Notes: generated by a model not told the origin, from the sequence alone. Shown: positions 8,370 to 17,890, counted from the first letter of the stretch. The stretch is 64,000 bases of DNA from Candidatus Bathyarchaeota archaeon (GCA_963715865.1 OY970280.1:1024001-1088000); one strand, 5' to 3'. A program made the numbers and translations.

Positions 8370-9292
8370 CAACCCCTTCCGTCTGTTTTTTGCGCCTTCT
8401 CATACAGCGCCTTAGCAAAAAGCGCCGCGCCCAACGCACCCGCAATCATCGGGTCTAACCCGTTTTCCCGCCAATTAGGCATCGGCAAACACTTCACGCC
8501 CAAAACAACCTCTATTCTGCTGACAACCCCAATGTTTTTCGACTGCCCACCCGTAATCACCAATTCTTTTTCTAAACCTACCCTATCGATTAAGTTAGCC
8601 ATGCGAACCGCCATGGCTCGCGTGTAAGCAGCCAAAACCATCTCTTTAGACCAGCCCTTACGCAAGAGCCCCATGGCTTCGGTTTTCGCAAAAGCCACGC
8701 AGGTGCAACTTACCGGCGGCGGCTCCTCGTCCACCTTTAATGAGATTTCACCAATTTCTTCAATGGAAATTTTTAGTAAATCAGCGAAAACTTCCATGCC
8801 TCTGCCAGTTCCAGCTGCACATTTGTCATTCATCAAGAAAGAAACCACTCTGCCTGTTTCATCGCTGCGGATGGCTTTGATGTCTTGTCCTCCAACATCC
8901 AGCACGGTTCGAACGCTGGGTCCCCAAATATAATTTGCGCCTTTAGCATGACAAGCAATTTCCGTTACGGCTTTGTTTGCCATGGGAACGTTAACTCGCC
9001 CATAACCCGTGCCAACAATATATTTGAGGTCACTTACCTTAAGCCCAGTTCCCTCCAGCGCCCAATCTAAAGCTTTCTTGGCGCTCTCAGGACTGTTAGA
9101 GCCAGTTCGTGTTATTCCCCAAGAGTAAGCTTCACCATTAATCATTATGGCTGCTTTGGAGCTGACTGAACCAACATCAACACCTGCGGTGATTATGTCC
9201 TTGTTTGTCCATTTCTTGCCCTGCACTACACGATGGTACTCGCGCCAACGCCAAAACTCAACCTCATCCTTAATTGTGCTTGGCTCTTTCAT
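8369..9292 (-). CDS. bzdQ: ATP-dependent activase subunit, benzoyl-CoA reductase BzdQ-like
   Basis: EFWRWREY N-terminus, AGVDVGSVSSK, VGTGYGR, EIACHAKG, DVGGQDIK, MNDKCAAGTGR. Confidence 0.8.
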   Translation of the reverse strand: MKEPSTIKDEVEFWRWREYHRVVQGKKWTNKDIITAGVDVGSVSSKAAIMINGEAYSWGITRTGSNSPESAKKALDWALEGTGLKVSDLKYIVGTGYGRVNVPMANKAVTEIACHAKGANYIWGPSVRTVLDVGGQDIKAIRSDETGRVVSFLMNDKCAAGTGRGMEVFADLLKISIEEIGEISLKVDEEPPPVSCTCVAFAKTEAMGLLRKGWSKEMVLAAYTRAMAVRMANLIDRVGLEKELVITGGQSKNIGVVSRIEVVLGVKCLPMPNWRENGLDPMIAGALGAALFAKALYEKAQKTDGRG

Positions 9293-10074
9293 TTTTGCCC
9301 CTCCTTAGCTCGGCTTGCCGCTGCAAGAGCTGCACCTAAAGCACCAGCAAAATCTGGAAACTCGGGAATCAACACGTTAACACCTAACTTTCGATTTAGC
9401 GATGCAACAAAACCAACGTCCTTTGCTATACCGCCAACCAGAACCACGTCAGGGTTTACCCCTAACCTGTGAACCATAGATGAAATTCGGTCAGCCATTG
9501 CATCAAAAACTGCCCTTGCAATTTCAGGCTTAGACTCTTGGCGGTGAATCAGCGACACAACATCGGATTCACCGAAGATAACGCAGGAAGCGTTTATGGG
9601 GCTTGCCCGTTCCGCCTTAAGCGACAGCGGACCCATTTCCTCCAATTTCACCTCTAAAGCCCTTGCCATCGCCTCAATGAAAGCTCCCGCACCAGCGGCG
9701 CAGCGTTCGTTAACGACAAAATCAACCATGAGACCTTTCTCGTCGCATTTGACGGCTCTTGCTTCTTCGGCGCCAACATCAATTATCGTTCTAGCCTTCG
9801 GAAAAAGGTAGACTCCTGCTTTAGCATCAGCGCCCATCATGCTTACGGTGCTTTTGGCATAAGGCGCCATTTCCATGGCTGAACCAGTAGCAACAAAATA
9901 AGCCACATCAGATATTTTCAGGTTTGCCTTTTTCAGTGCCTCATCCACTGCTTGTTCGGCGGCTTTGGTTGGATCGAACCCTGAGAAAGCTTGTCCTCTT
10001 GATACAACAGCGTCGTCTTTTAGGATTACCGCTTTTACTCTTTGAGTGCCTAAATCCATTCCAACGGTAATCAC
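9289..10074 (-). CDS. bzdP: ATP-dependent activase subunit, benzoyl-CoA reductase BzdP-like
   Basis: ITVGMDLGT, IIDVGAEEAR, NERCAAGAGAFIEAMARALE, CVIFGESDVVSLIH. Confidence 0.75.
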   Translation of the reverse strand: MITVGMDLGTQRVKAVILKDDAVVSRGQAFSGFDPTKAAEQAVDEALKKANLKISDVAYFVATGSAMEMAPYAKSTVSMMGADAKAGVYLFPKARTIIDVGAEEARAVKCDEKGLMVDFVVNERCAAGAGAFIEAMARALEVKLEEMGPLSLKAERASPINASCVIFGESDVVSLIHRQESKPEIARAVFDAMADRISSMVHRLGVNPDVVLVGGIAKDVGFVASLNRKLGVNVLIPEFPDFAGALGAALAAASRAKEGQK

Positions 10075-10084
10075 GAAATCACCT

Positions 10085-11428
10085 TTAGAAATCCACTCTT
10101 GCCGTTAACATTTCAAGGAACGCTTCAACACGCGTCTTCATTTGTCCCACGTCTTCCCTAGTGTAATCTGTGTCAAGATAGTACACGGGTATATTTATTT
10201 TGTCAAGAGCTTTCTTAATTCTGGTGTACTCCATGCCGTAGAGCATGCAACCGCGCACTACATAGTAAATAACGCCTTGAACATTCCATTCTTTAACCTT
10301 ATTTATCAACCAGTTAATTCTATCTTCATTTCCATCGCTAGACGTGAAGCAGGGGCAAGTGGAAGCCATCAAGTATCGTTCTCCAATAGCACTCAGCATG
10401 TCATCCATTGTCCATTCGTCTACGCCAACTGGGTCGTTGAGAATTCTTTCGCCTGAACAGAGCTCGTCTGCAACAATAATGCCCTTAGGATTAGCTTCCT
10501 CGACTAACGTTGGAAGCTTCCAGTTATCAGGCCAAAACATTGGAGTACCCGTAACTAGTACCCGCGGAGTATCAGGTGAACAAACCCACTCTTTCCTTTG
10601 CGCTCTCTGCTCAAGCTCATCACACAATGCCTCAGTTTTCTCTGTCCACCGCTTTTTATCGTCCCACAAGTACGTTTGATTAACAAGCATAGCGTCTCTG
10701 CCCATAATTACCGGTGGACCCTTACGCAAATCCTGCAAGCGACGGAACGCTTTTGTTGCCCTCTGGGTCTGTTCAATAGCCTCTTTCAAGCTTTTACGAG
10801 TGATTTTGTTGCCAGTAAACTCTTCAATCTGCGCTTTCATGTGTCTTATTTCATCATTCCAAAAGCGAAGTGATTGGGCTGAATCTTTAACCCTTGGAAT
10901 ATTCATTCCCCAAATCGTTTTGTAATCACTTAAAATCTCACTAAGCTTAGTCATTCCGTCACATGTTAAAACACTGATCAAAGCGTCGCTCAGCTCAAGA
11001 AAAGGTGACAGCTCAATCATTTTCGCGCCTATAGTTGAACGAATAACTGGACAAACCTCCACTGGCACAACCCTGTCGCCAAGCTTGGAAGTATCATACC
11101 AACCTGAATTCACTCGGACTGGAATGGCGTCTGCTGCTAAAATCAACTCTGTCGGAGCAAACAAACACATGTAACCAATAACTTTCTTGCCTTTCTCCTT
11201 CTCAGCCGCAATTTCTTTTTGGCGCTGACCAAATAAGTTTGCCATCTCATCAAAATATTTCATTGCTTGGGGCCTGTTAGGGTCAGCTTTCTTCATGCGT
11301 TCAATGTTGTCAGCAATTATCTTTTCAGAAGCAGTTTTTATTGTGTTTCTTAGTTCGTCAATTTCTTTCCTTGGAACTTCAGGCATGAACTTTTTTTCTA
11401 CTTTTTCGCTCTTCATTCTTCCCTTCAC
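10085..11428 (-). CDS. 2-hydroxyacyl-CoA dehydratase-family Fe-S protein, double-cubane cluster protein (DCCP)-like
   Basis: IGYMC, VCPVIRSTIG, LTCDG, ELCSGER, TCPCF, RGC, DTDYTREDVGQMKTRVEAF; seven family-position Cys. Confidence 0.75.
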   Translation of the reverse strand: MKGRMKSEKVEKKFMPEVPRKEIDELRNTIKTASEKIIADNIERMKKADPNRPQAMKYFDEMANLFGQRQKEIAAEKEKGKKVIGYMCLFAPTELILAADAIPVRVNSGWYDTSKLGDRVVPVEVCPVIRSTIGAKMIELSPFLELSDALISVLTCDGMTKLSEILSDYKTIWGMNIPRVKDSAQSLRFWNDEIRHMKAQIEEFTGNKITRKSLKEAIEQTQRATKAFRRLQDLRKGPPVIMGRDAMLVNQTYLWDDKKRWTEKTEALCDELEQRAQRKEWVCSPDTPRVLVTGTPMFWPDNWKLPTLVEEANPKGIIVADELCSGERILNDPVGVDEWTMDDMLSAIGERYLMASTCPCFTSSDGNEDRINWLINKVKEWNVQGVIYYVVRGCMLYGMEYTRIKKALDKINIPVYYLDTDYTREDVGQMKTRVEAFLEMLTARVDF

Positions 11429-12408
11429 TCACTTGTTGACGGTTCTAACCAGTTTCTTGACTTAAATAGTGTCTTATTCCCAAACTTAACTTTCAACGTA
11501 TCCTCATACGGGCACATTTCCGCACACCGTAGGCATAGCATGCACATTGAAGTGTTAATTTTTCCTCCCTTCTGCTCATACACATCAGTTACTTGCGATT
11601 GGCAAACCCTCTTGCAAACGCCACATTTCGTGCATTTTTCCTCGTCTTTTTCAATATGAAGGAGAGGAGCCCACTTAAAACCCTTAAACCTATTCACCAC
11701 CGCTAATGAGGCGCCGGTTGGACAGAAGCGGCACCAAAAACGTCTCACAAAGAATGAACCTGCCAGCGTCAAACCCACAAAAGCAATAGCGACTGCTTGA
11801 CCAATGTTTTGGCCTAGATAAGTGAGAACTTCTTGAACATAGGGATAAGTCAAGTTAATCTGGAAAACAGCTACCGCCGCATTAGTCCACGGCACAACGA
11901 ACGGTATCAGAGGGTCAATCAGAATACTATATGGCCTAAATGGACCAGCTAAAAGCTGCGTCTCCATAACTGCGACAGCCATACTTGGAGGCGGCTGAAC
12001 CAGCCATAAAGCAGTGGGCACAAACAGGAAAAACAGTAATATTGCGTATCTTGATTTGTGCAGTATATTGTTTAGTCTATCAGGAAGGATTCGGTAACGG
12101 ATTTTTAACGCCTTTCTAACTAGAATGGTTAGGTCCATGACAAAGCCCAATGGGCAGATCCATCCGCAGTACAGCCGACCTATAACAATAGTCACTGCAA
12201 AAATAGCAATCAGCACGTAAAGAAGTGGGACGGTAAAGGTGAAAAAGTAAAAAAGTGATGCAAAAGCAACCGCCTGAATTACTAGTCTCATGTAGGTTAT
12301 TCTTGTTGCTAAGTTTTTCTTCCAAATCAAAATGGCGAGCACCCCCGCTACTCCAAGGCCTGCAAGCACTGCGATTCTTAGTATGTCGCCAACGATTTCC
12401 CAATCCAT
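11425..12408 (-). CDS. Membrane 4Fe-4S protein, NapH/MauN family
   Basis: GRLYCGWICPLG, RFWCRFCPTG, CTKCGVCKRVC, CMLCLRCAEMCP; multiple TM helices. Confidence 0.85.
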   Translation of the reverse strand: MDWEIVGDILRIAVLAGLGVAGVLAILIWKKNLATRITYMRLVIQAVAFASLFYFFTFTVPLLYVLIAIFAVTIVIGRLYCGWICPLGFVMDLTILVRKALKIRYRILPDRLNNILHKSRYAILLFFLFVPTALWLVQPPPSMAVAVMETQLLAGPFRPYSILIDPLIPFVVPWTNAAVAVFQINLTYPYVQEVLTYLGQNIGQAVAIAFVGLTLAGSFFVRRFWCRFCPTGASLAVVNRFKGFKWAPLLHIEKDEEKCTKCGVCKRVCQSQVTDVYEQKGGKINTSMCMLCLRCAEMCPYEDTLKVKFGNKTLFKSRNWLEPSTSE

Positions 12409-12429
12409 TCTTTTTTCGCCATTTTGATA

Positions 12430-13140
12430 TTATAAGTGGATTACCGAGCTTATCAATGTGCTAATTCCAAGCAGTATCAATATCCCTGCGCCACCTAACG
12501 CAACCCACTTCCTAAATAACGGTGCCTTGTTAAGAAGCCAACCCGTAACTCCTCCTAACAGCAATATGGGAGATAGAGCGGTTCCCAAGCCAAACATGAC
12601 TGCTAAAGCTACACTGCCAATGGGGTTTGAAAACGGCAAGGAATAAATCAAGAGCGCTACGAGCGGGGGACATATGATTAATCCTCTGCTTAAACCAAGC
12701 GAAAAAGCGCCAAAATCAAACCCAAACCTGCCTGTTTTAGCTTTTGCAACTAGGCTTTTGGTGTCAGCTGAACTGCATTCGCATGGTTTTCGATATTTTA
12801 CAAGCACACTAGCGCCAATTATTATAGTTACAATGCCGAAGGCAAGTGAAGAATACATTTGAAAGGGAGAAATAGCCGCGTTAGATACAAACAATCGAAA
12901 TAAGCCGCTGAATAAACCGACTAACCCTCCAATCAACGCGTAACCAGCAACCCGTCCCCCACTAAAAATTAAAGTTACGCCGATGCCTTTACGGAATCCA
13001 GCGCCGATACCTGCAATGTAGCTTGCAATATAAGGGAGACAGGATGCGGTGCAAACAACTAATCCATATAATAGTCCACCGGCAAACGCTCCTATATACG
13101 GGTTAGAGATTTGAGGTATTAACGACATGCAGGTGCTCAT
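12430..13140 (-). CDS. DsbD/CcdA-like (DsbD_2/TauE-like) membrane protein
   Basis: About six TM segments with CTASCLPY and ICPP cysteine motifs. Confidence 0.7.
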   Translation of the reverse strand: MSTCMSLIPQISNPYIGAFAGGLLYGLVVCTASCLPYIASYIAGIGAGFRKGIGVTLIFSGGRVAGYALIGGLVGLFSGLFRLFVSNAAISPFQMYSSLAFGIVTIIIGASVLVKYRKPCECSSADTKSLVAKAKTGRFGFDFGAFSLGLSRGLIICPPLVALLIYSLPFSNPIGSVALAVMFGLGTALSPILLLGGVTGWLLNKAPLFRKWVALGGAGILILLGISTLISSVIHL

Positions 13141-13251
13141 CCAATTTTTGTTAACCCAAATAATAAAGGCGAATCAATTTAAAGCTTACATTTTTTTTGC
13201 CTGCATATCTTTTTACCTTTTAAATGCAGCTTCCAGGAAGAGAAATGTGCC

Positions 13252-15507
13252 TTAAGAAGCTGGTATTTCTCTTGTGTTGTACTGTTTGAGATATGCTAAG
13301 TGTGCGGCGTCATAGGGGTAACTTTCATTCGCTGGGTATGGGAATCCGCTCATAGCCATGAAAGGCATCGGGTCAACGGTGTAAGTGAATCCGTAACCCC
13401 ATTGTCCTGGTGGGTCTTTAAACCAGCAGGCTATGAATAGGAAGTAGTCTCTTTCCATGCCTGGTGCAGGTGCTGTTAGGTTGGCGGTTGGGAATTCGAG
13501 AGTGACTAGGTCACCTTGTCTTCCAATTACGTACATATCGTCTGCGTTTTGAACTAGCGCTGTAACATCACCATATCTTGTAAAGTTTCCAGACGAAGTA
13601 GAGTTGGTAACACAGAATTGGCTGAGAGTTGCAGTAGGACTGATTTTTTGCACTGTTATGTTTTCTTGAGTACTTGTGTCTATTCCGACGTAGTCATAGG
13701 TCACGTTCCAGAAGTTGGTTATTCTTATTTGGTAATCACTTATGCCCTTGGGGAATAGTCCTGTTAATTCTACGACAAAAGTTCTAGGGTTGGAGTCTGA
13801 AGGTATCGGTATCTGCCTGTCTTGTGGAGCGCGCACCCAACTGCCGTTTGCGGCTTTTATTTCCATGTACGGAGCCGGTGTAATCGGTGTGCCATCTGGT
13901 ACAAGTCCTTGGGCGGCTGCAGCCTTGAACTGGTCTATCCAATTGTTATAGGATTGGTATGGTCCCCAATCAACAATTCCAGTAATTACAAGTTTTATCT
14001 GTTGAGCCGAAGATAGATTACCAAGGTCAAGTGTTAACTGGTTTAGCGTTATATTGTTCCATGATGGGCTTTGATTTCCATTGCTGCCAGGCGTATAAAC
14101 GCCGTCCTGTTTTAAGATGTCTGGAAGGACGTTTTGTCCTTTTTCGTTGGTTGCTGCGATAGGTGACAAGATGTTAGTTGTGTTTACAGTGTAAATCTGT
14201 TCTGTCGAACCTTTGTTAAGATAATTAGTCATGGTTGTATAAGCATCTGTGCCTACTGGATGGTCAACAACCACCAAAGAAGCTGCGTCTAAGTAGAACA
14301 GTTCATCCCATTGCTGTGAAAGAGCCATCTCGTAGTAGCTGTTACCATTGATGGTTTGTGTTGCTAGCAGGTTTTTGTCAAGTTTTACGTAATCCCACGG
14401 GTTTCCTCCACTAAAGATGATATTGCCATTTTGGTTTATGGAGCCTATGTATCCTAGCCAGCCAGAGTTTGCTACATCAGTGACATAAGAGTACCCTGTG
14501 CCGTTCCAGATGAAGAGTGATGGGCATGATGCGTATCCGCTGATTACGTAATAGGTTGCAACTAATATTGTCCATTTATCTAATGTAAAGGTTCTTGTCG
14601 GATTAGTATTTCCATCGCTCCAATAGGAAAATCCTACGACGCCAGTTCCAACATCATAAGGGCTTGGTACAGATATAGTATGTTCTCCTGCTGGCAATAG
14701 CGCAGTATATGGAGTGCCATAATCTTGCCCGTCTAATGTGAAGGGTAACGGTTTCGGACCACCACCTGACCTGTTAACCATAAGCGTATGGTACCCAGTC
14801 TCTACAACTGTGAATAACCCCGGAAGACTGTTTACTGTGACGTTATATCGTCCTTCTGTTGCGCCTGCAGTAACATTGAATTCGACGGTTTGGGTTATTC
14901 CAGCATCCAATTGAATAACTTCAGTTTGGACCACTGCACCATCAACTGCTACTTTAACTGTAAGATTATCAGCTTCTGTGGTGGGATTTTGCGCAGTTGC
15001 AGTTAAAGTAACTGTTTGATTTGCCCAAACCTCCCATGGATCAACTCTCAAGTTGGACAACACTATTTTACTTGATTCTGGCGGAGCAGGGTTAATGATA
15101 AAGTTTCCAGTCAAATCGCCAACTTTAACACTATAATTGCCAGGTGAAGTTTCGATGTCTGTAAACTGGACGATTTGAGACGAGCCTGCTACAAGTGACA
15201 CGTTCTCTGTGTTCTTTACGGCATTATTGATTTCAAAATTTACCGTTTCGTTACCTTGTAAATCGCCAATATTTGTTACGTTAACTGAAATTTGTACGGC
15301 GTTACCAGCGGTTGTTTCACCTGGGCTGATGATTAAGTTTTTTAGAGTAAACTCAGCTGGCCTAGTTGCACCTGCTATCATGCCTTCGTTTTGAAGATAA
15401 AAGTAGACTCCTGCGGCTGCACCTACTATAATAAGGTCAATAACGAGAATAGCTTTCAGTTTAACTATGGCTGAGTGAGATAGCATTCTCATAGCACCTT
15501 TAACCAT
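13252..15507 (-). CDS. Membrane-anchored extracellular protein with two CARDB/Ig-like domains and a large conserved C-terminal domain
   Basis: N-terminal TM; VSVNVTNIGD..G.E.V.F CARDB pattern twice; SCPSLFIWNG, WFKD and MSGFPYP...YNTR motifs. Confidence 0.75.
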   Translation of the reverse strand: MVKGAMRMLSHSAIVKLKAILVIDLIIVGAAAGVYFYLQNEGMIAGATRPAEFTLKNLIISPGETTAGNAVQISVNVTNIGDLQGNETVNFEINNAVKNTENVSLVAGSSQIVQFTDIETSPGNYSVKVGDLTGNFIINPAPPESSKIVLSNLRVDPWEVWANQTVTLTATAQNPTTEADNLTVKVAVDGAVVQTEVIQLDAGITQTVEFNVTAGATEGRYNVTVNSLPGLFTVVETGYHTLMVNRSGGGPKPLPFTLDGQDYGTPYTALLPAGEHTISVPSPYDVGTGVVGFSYWSDGNTNPTRTFTLDKWTILVATYYVISGYASCPSLFIWNGTGYSYVTDVANSGWLGYIGSINQNGNIIFSGGNPWDYVKLDKNLLATQTINGNSYYEMALSQQWDELFYLDAASLVVVDHPVGTDAYTTMTNYLNKGSTEQIYTVNTTNILSPIAATNEKGQNVLPDILKQDGVYTPGSNGNQSPSWNNITLNQLTLDLGNLSSAQQIKLVITGIVDWGPYQSYNNWIDQFKAAAAQGLVPDGTPITPAPYMEIKAANGSWVRAPQDRQIPIPSDSNPRTFVVELTGLFPKGISDYQIRITNFWNVTYDYVGIDTSTQENITVQKISPTATLSQFCVTNSTSSGNFTRYGDVTALVQNADDMYVIGRQGDLVTLEFPTANLTAPAPGMERDYFLFIACWFKDPPGQWGYGFTYTVDPMPFMAMSGFPYPANESYPYDAAHLAYLKQYNTREIPAS

Positions 15508-15703
15508 TTACATAAGCTAGTATATAATGATAAGCATTAAAGTGTCTATGCGCTAATTAACTTCAACTTTGCTATCTCTACTCCAGTGGTTTCAAAAATT
15601 CCAAGCGTTATGTTGTTGTTGCACTACAGTCACATAGTTAAATATATCAAATTCACTTCTTCAAAGAAGTAAGCATTCTAAATTTTTAGGGAGATAACAA
15701 AAA

Positions 15704-16465
15704 TTGTTAAAATCTAATAAAACCTTCCAAGTTTTTGCTTTGATTCTACTAGCGTCAGCACTCTTACTAGCGGCTACAAATCCAGGTATCCAAAGCGTGA
15801 AAGCACAAGGACAAGACACTGTAGTCATCTATGCCTCAGTAGGCGGAACAACAAATCCAACCGAAGGAACCTACAATTATACTGACGGCACGGCTGTTAC
15901 AATCACAGCGAACCCGGGCATTGGCTTTGAATTCGTGAATTGGGCGGTTGCCAGCGCTGCAGGAGCCAACACTTTCGCCGATAACCCACTCGTAATCACC
16001 GTTTCCGAGAGCGCCTACGCTGTACAGGCAATGTTCCAGCCAATAAATTATATTTCACCAGCCACTTCAAGTACATCTAATAACGCCATCGTCGTGGTCT
16101 TGGCTGCAGTGGGAGGAACAACAACCCCTGCACCAGGAACATATGCTTTGGCTAATGCGGCCAATCTTAACTTAACGGCAACCCCAGACAGCGGCTGGGT
16201 ATTTCACAACTGGATCATTGGAGGCTCTCCACTTACTCACGGTGCATACTCATTCACAGATACTCCCACAGATAACCCGTACAATGTGAATCACGGTTAC
16301 GGAAACACCTACACTTACCAACCAGTATTCAGTCCCATCAGCACTACTACTTCACCGACGCCTACAGTAAGTGAGTTTTCAACTGAAGCTACAATCATCA
16401 TAGCTGTCGTATTAGTCACAGTACTGATCGCTTTCGGAACATACGCATACAGCAAAAGAAAGTAA
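15704..16465 (+). CDS. Secreted protein with two InlB-B-like repeats and a C-terminal TM anchor
   Basis: Signal peptide; two GGTTxP..G.Y...(T)A.P..G..F.NW repeats; VSEF + TM + KRK tail. Confidence 0.75.
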   Translation: MLKSNKTFQVFALILLASALLLAATNPGIQSVKAQGQDTVVIYASVGGTTNPTEGTYNYTDGTAVTITANPGIGFEFVNWAVASAAGANTFADNPLVITVSESAYAVQAMFQPINYISPATSSTSNNAIVVVLAAVGGTTTPAPGTYALANAANLNLTATPDSGWVFHNWIIGGSPLTHGAYSFTDTPTDNPYNVNHGYGNTYTYQPVFSPISTTTSPTPTVSEFSTEATIIIAVVLVTVLIAFGTYAYSKRK

Positions 16466-16555
16466 ATTTGCCCCTTCCTTTTTTGTTTTTTTAAAACACT
16501 CGAAATCAATTTGTCAAGTTAAATTTTTAATTGAAAAAACGGTTTTTAGGGAATT

Positions 16556-17890
16556 TTATTCGCATTCTGGTTCCATGTGCACAGTGACAACTGCGTTTGC
16601 AAAACGCTCCTTAGTTTCTTTTTCAACCTGTGAAGCGATTTTGTGTGCCTCCTTTATTTGAACCTGCTTGGTGATGCAGCAGTCTATGTTAATGTAACGT
16701 TTCCCTGCGGAAGCGTATGTTACTATCCGTTTAATGCGCAGATTACCAGCGATGCTTTTGGCAACTTCGTAAACGACTTTTCTAAGTTGAGCCTCATTTA
16801 CTTCGGCGGCTGGAACCGCCACGCCTGAAGGTTCAACGTGCACGGTGACGTTTTCAAGCGGCTTTATTTCTGCATGTATTCTTCGCTCAATAGCTTCAGC
16901 AATGTTATGCGCTTCTTCAACTGACAATTCAGGGTTCACGTACGCGTGCAAGGTAATATAGAGTTTACCGCCAATGTAGATGGTTGAGATTTCATGCACT
17001 TCTTTCACGCCCTCAACCGTCGCTAGTTTCTCAACTAGCTGTTCCATTTTAGTCTCTTTTTCAGATGGCTCAATATGAATTGTGGCGTCAACATTGCCAA
17101 GGGCTACTTTCAAGTCAGCCTCTATTTTTGAGGCTAAAGAATGCGCTTCTTCCAAGCTCATGATACTTGAAACTTGTACGGATGCGTCAATGAAGATTTT
17201 AGAGCTTACTTTGCGGACTTTGAGGTTTTCGGTTTTCACTACGCCCTCATTTGAAAGAATTACTTTTCTTGTTTTTTGAACAAGCTCCTTTGATGCTGTG
17301 TCGCTTAGTTCCATAACACTGAATTTCACAAGTTTAAAGCTCAAATAACTAAGCATAATTCCAAGGAAGATTGATGCTACGGCATCTCCGTAAAAAAAGC
17401 CTAAGGTAGCTAAGCCAAACCCCAGCAGAGCTATCAAAGTTGAGCTTAAATCTGAAATAGCATCGTAAAGACCAACCTTCATAGAGGGACTTTCAATGTG
17501 CTGAGTTTTCCTGAAAACCGTAACTCTTAAAGAAGCAATAAAAAGAGCGTAGCCGATGGCGATGAAACCTGCAAACTCTACGCTTGCAACAATCTTGGGC
17601 ATGTTCTCTATCAATCTTAGTGCGGCTTCGTAAAAAATCAAGAATGCCACGGCAATTAAGACTATGCCACCGATAAGTCCGCCTATAGTTTCAAACTTCT
17701 CATGCCCGTAAGTATGTTCTTCGTCTGGAGGCTTGATTGAAGCGCGAACCGCAAAAAATAACATAATAGTTGATACGGCATCAAGTAATGCGTGCAAGCC
17801 GTCGCTGAGTATAGCTAAACTGTTAACAATTAAGCCTACCGAAACCTCAACTATTACAACACTAAAGATTGCAATAGCCGAAATTTTCAA
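16556..17890 (-). CDS. Cation diffusion facilitator with three C-terminal ZT_dimer domains
   Basis: AILSDGLHALLD, HTYGHEKFE, YDAISD; three repeats of EAH.IA..IE...A.IH.EP. Confidence 0.9.
   Translation of the reverse strand: MKISAIAIFSVVIVEVSVGLIVNSLAILSDGLHALLDAVSTIMLFFAVRASIKPPDEEHTYGHEKFETIGGLIGGIVLIAVAFLIFYEAALRLIENMPKIVASVEFAGFIAIGYALFIASLRVTVFRKTQHIESPSMKVGLYDAISDLSSTLIALLGFGLATLGFFYGDAVASIFLGIMLSYLSFKLVKFSVMELSDTASKELVQKTRKVILSNEGVVKTENLKVRKVSSKIFIDASVQVSSIMSLEEAHSLASKIEADLKVALGNVDATIHIEPSEKETKMEQLVEKLATVEGVKEVHEISTIYIGGKLYITLHAYVNPELSVEEAHNIAEAIERRIHAEIKPLENVTVHVEPSGVAVPAAEVNEAQLRKVVYEVAKSIAGNLRIKRIVTYASAGKRYINIDCCITKQVQIKEAHKIASQVEKETKERFANAVVTVHMEPECE

Noticed and set aside
8369-8371. 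Selenocysteine readthrough of the bzdQ TGA into the ferredoxin
   Set aside because: The TGA is not at a Cys-equivalent position, no SECIS-like element was seen, and an overlapping ATG offers a simpler explanation.
8075-11428. Complete canonical benzoyl-CoA reductase (bzdNOPQ)
   Set aside because: Only one catalytic-type subunit is present, and it looks DCCP-like rather than BzdN or BzdO.
15582-15593. ORB-like replication origin box (TCCAGTGG)
   Set aside because: One partial copy, no G-string, and no adjacent orc1/cdc6.
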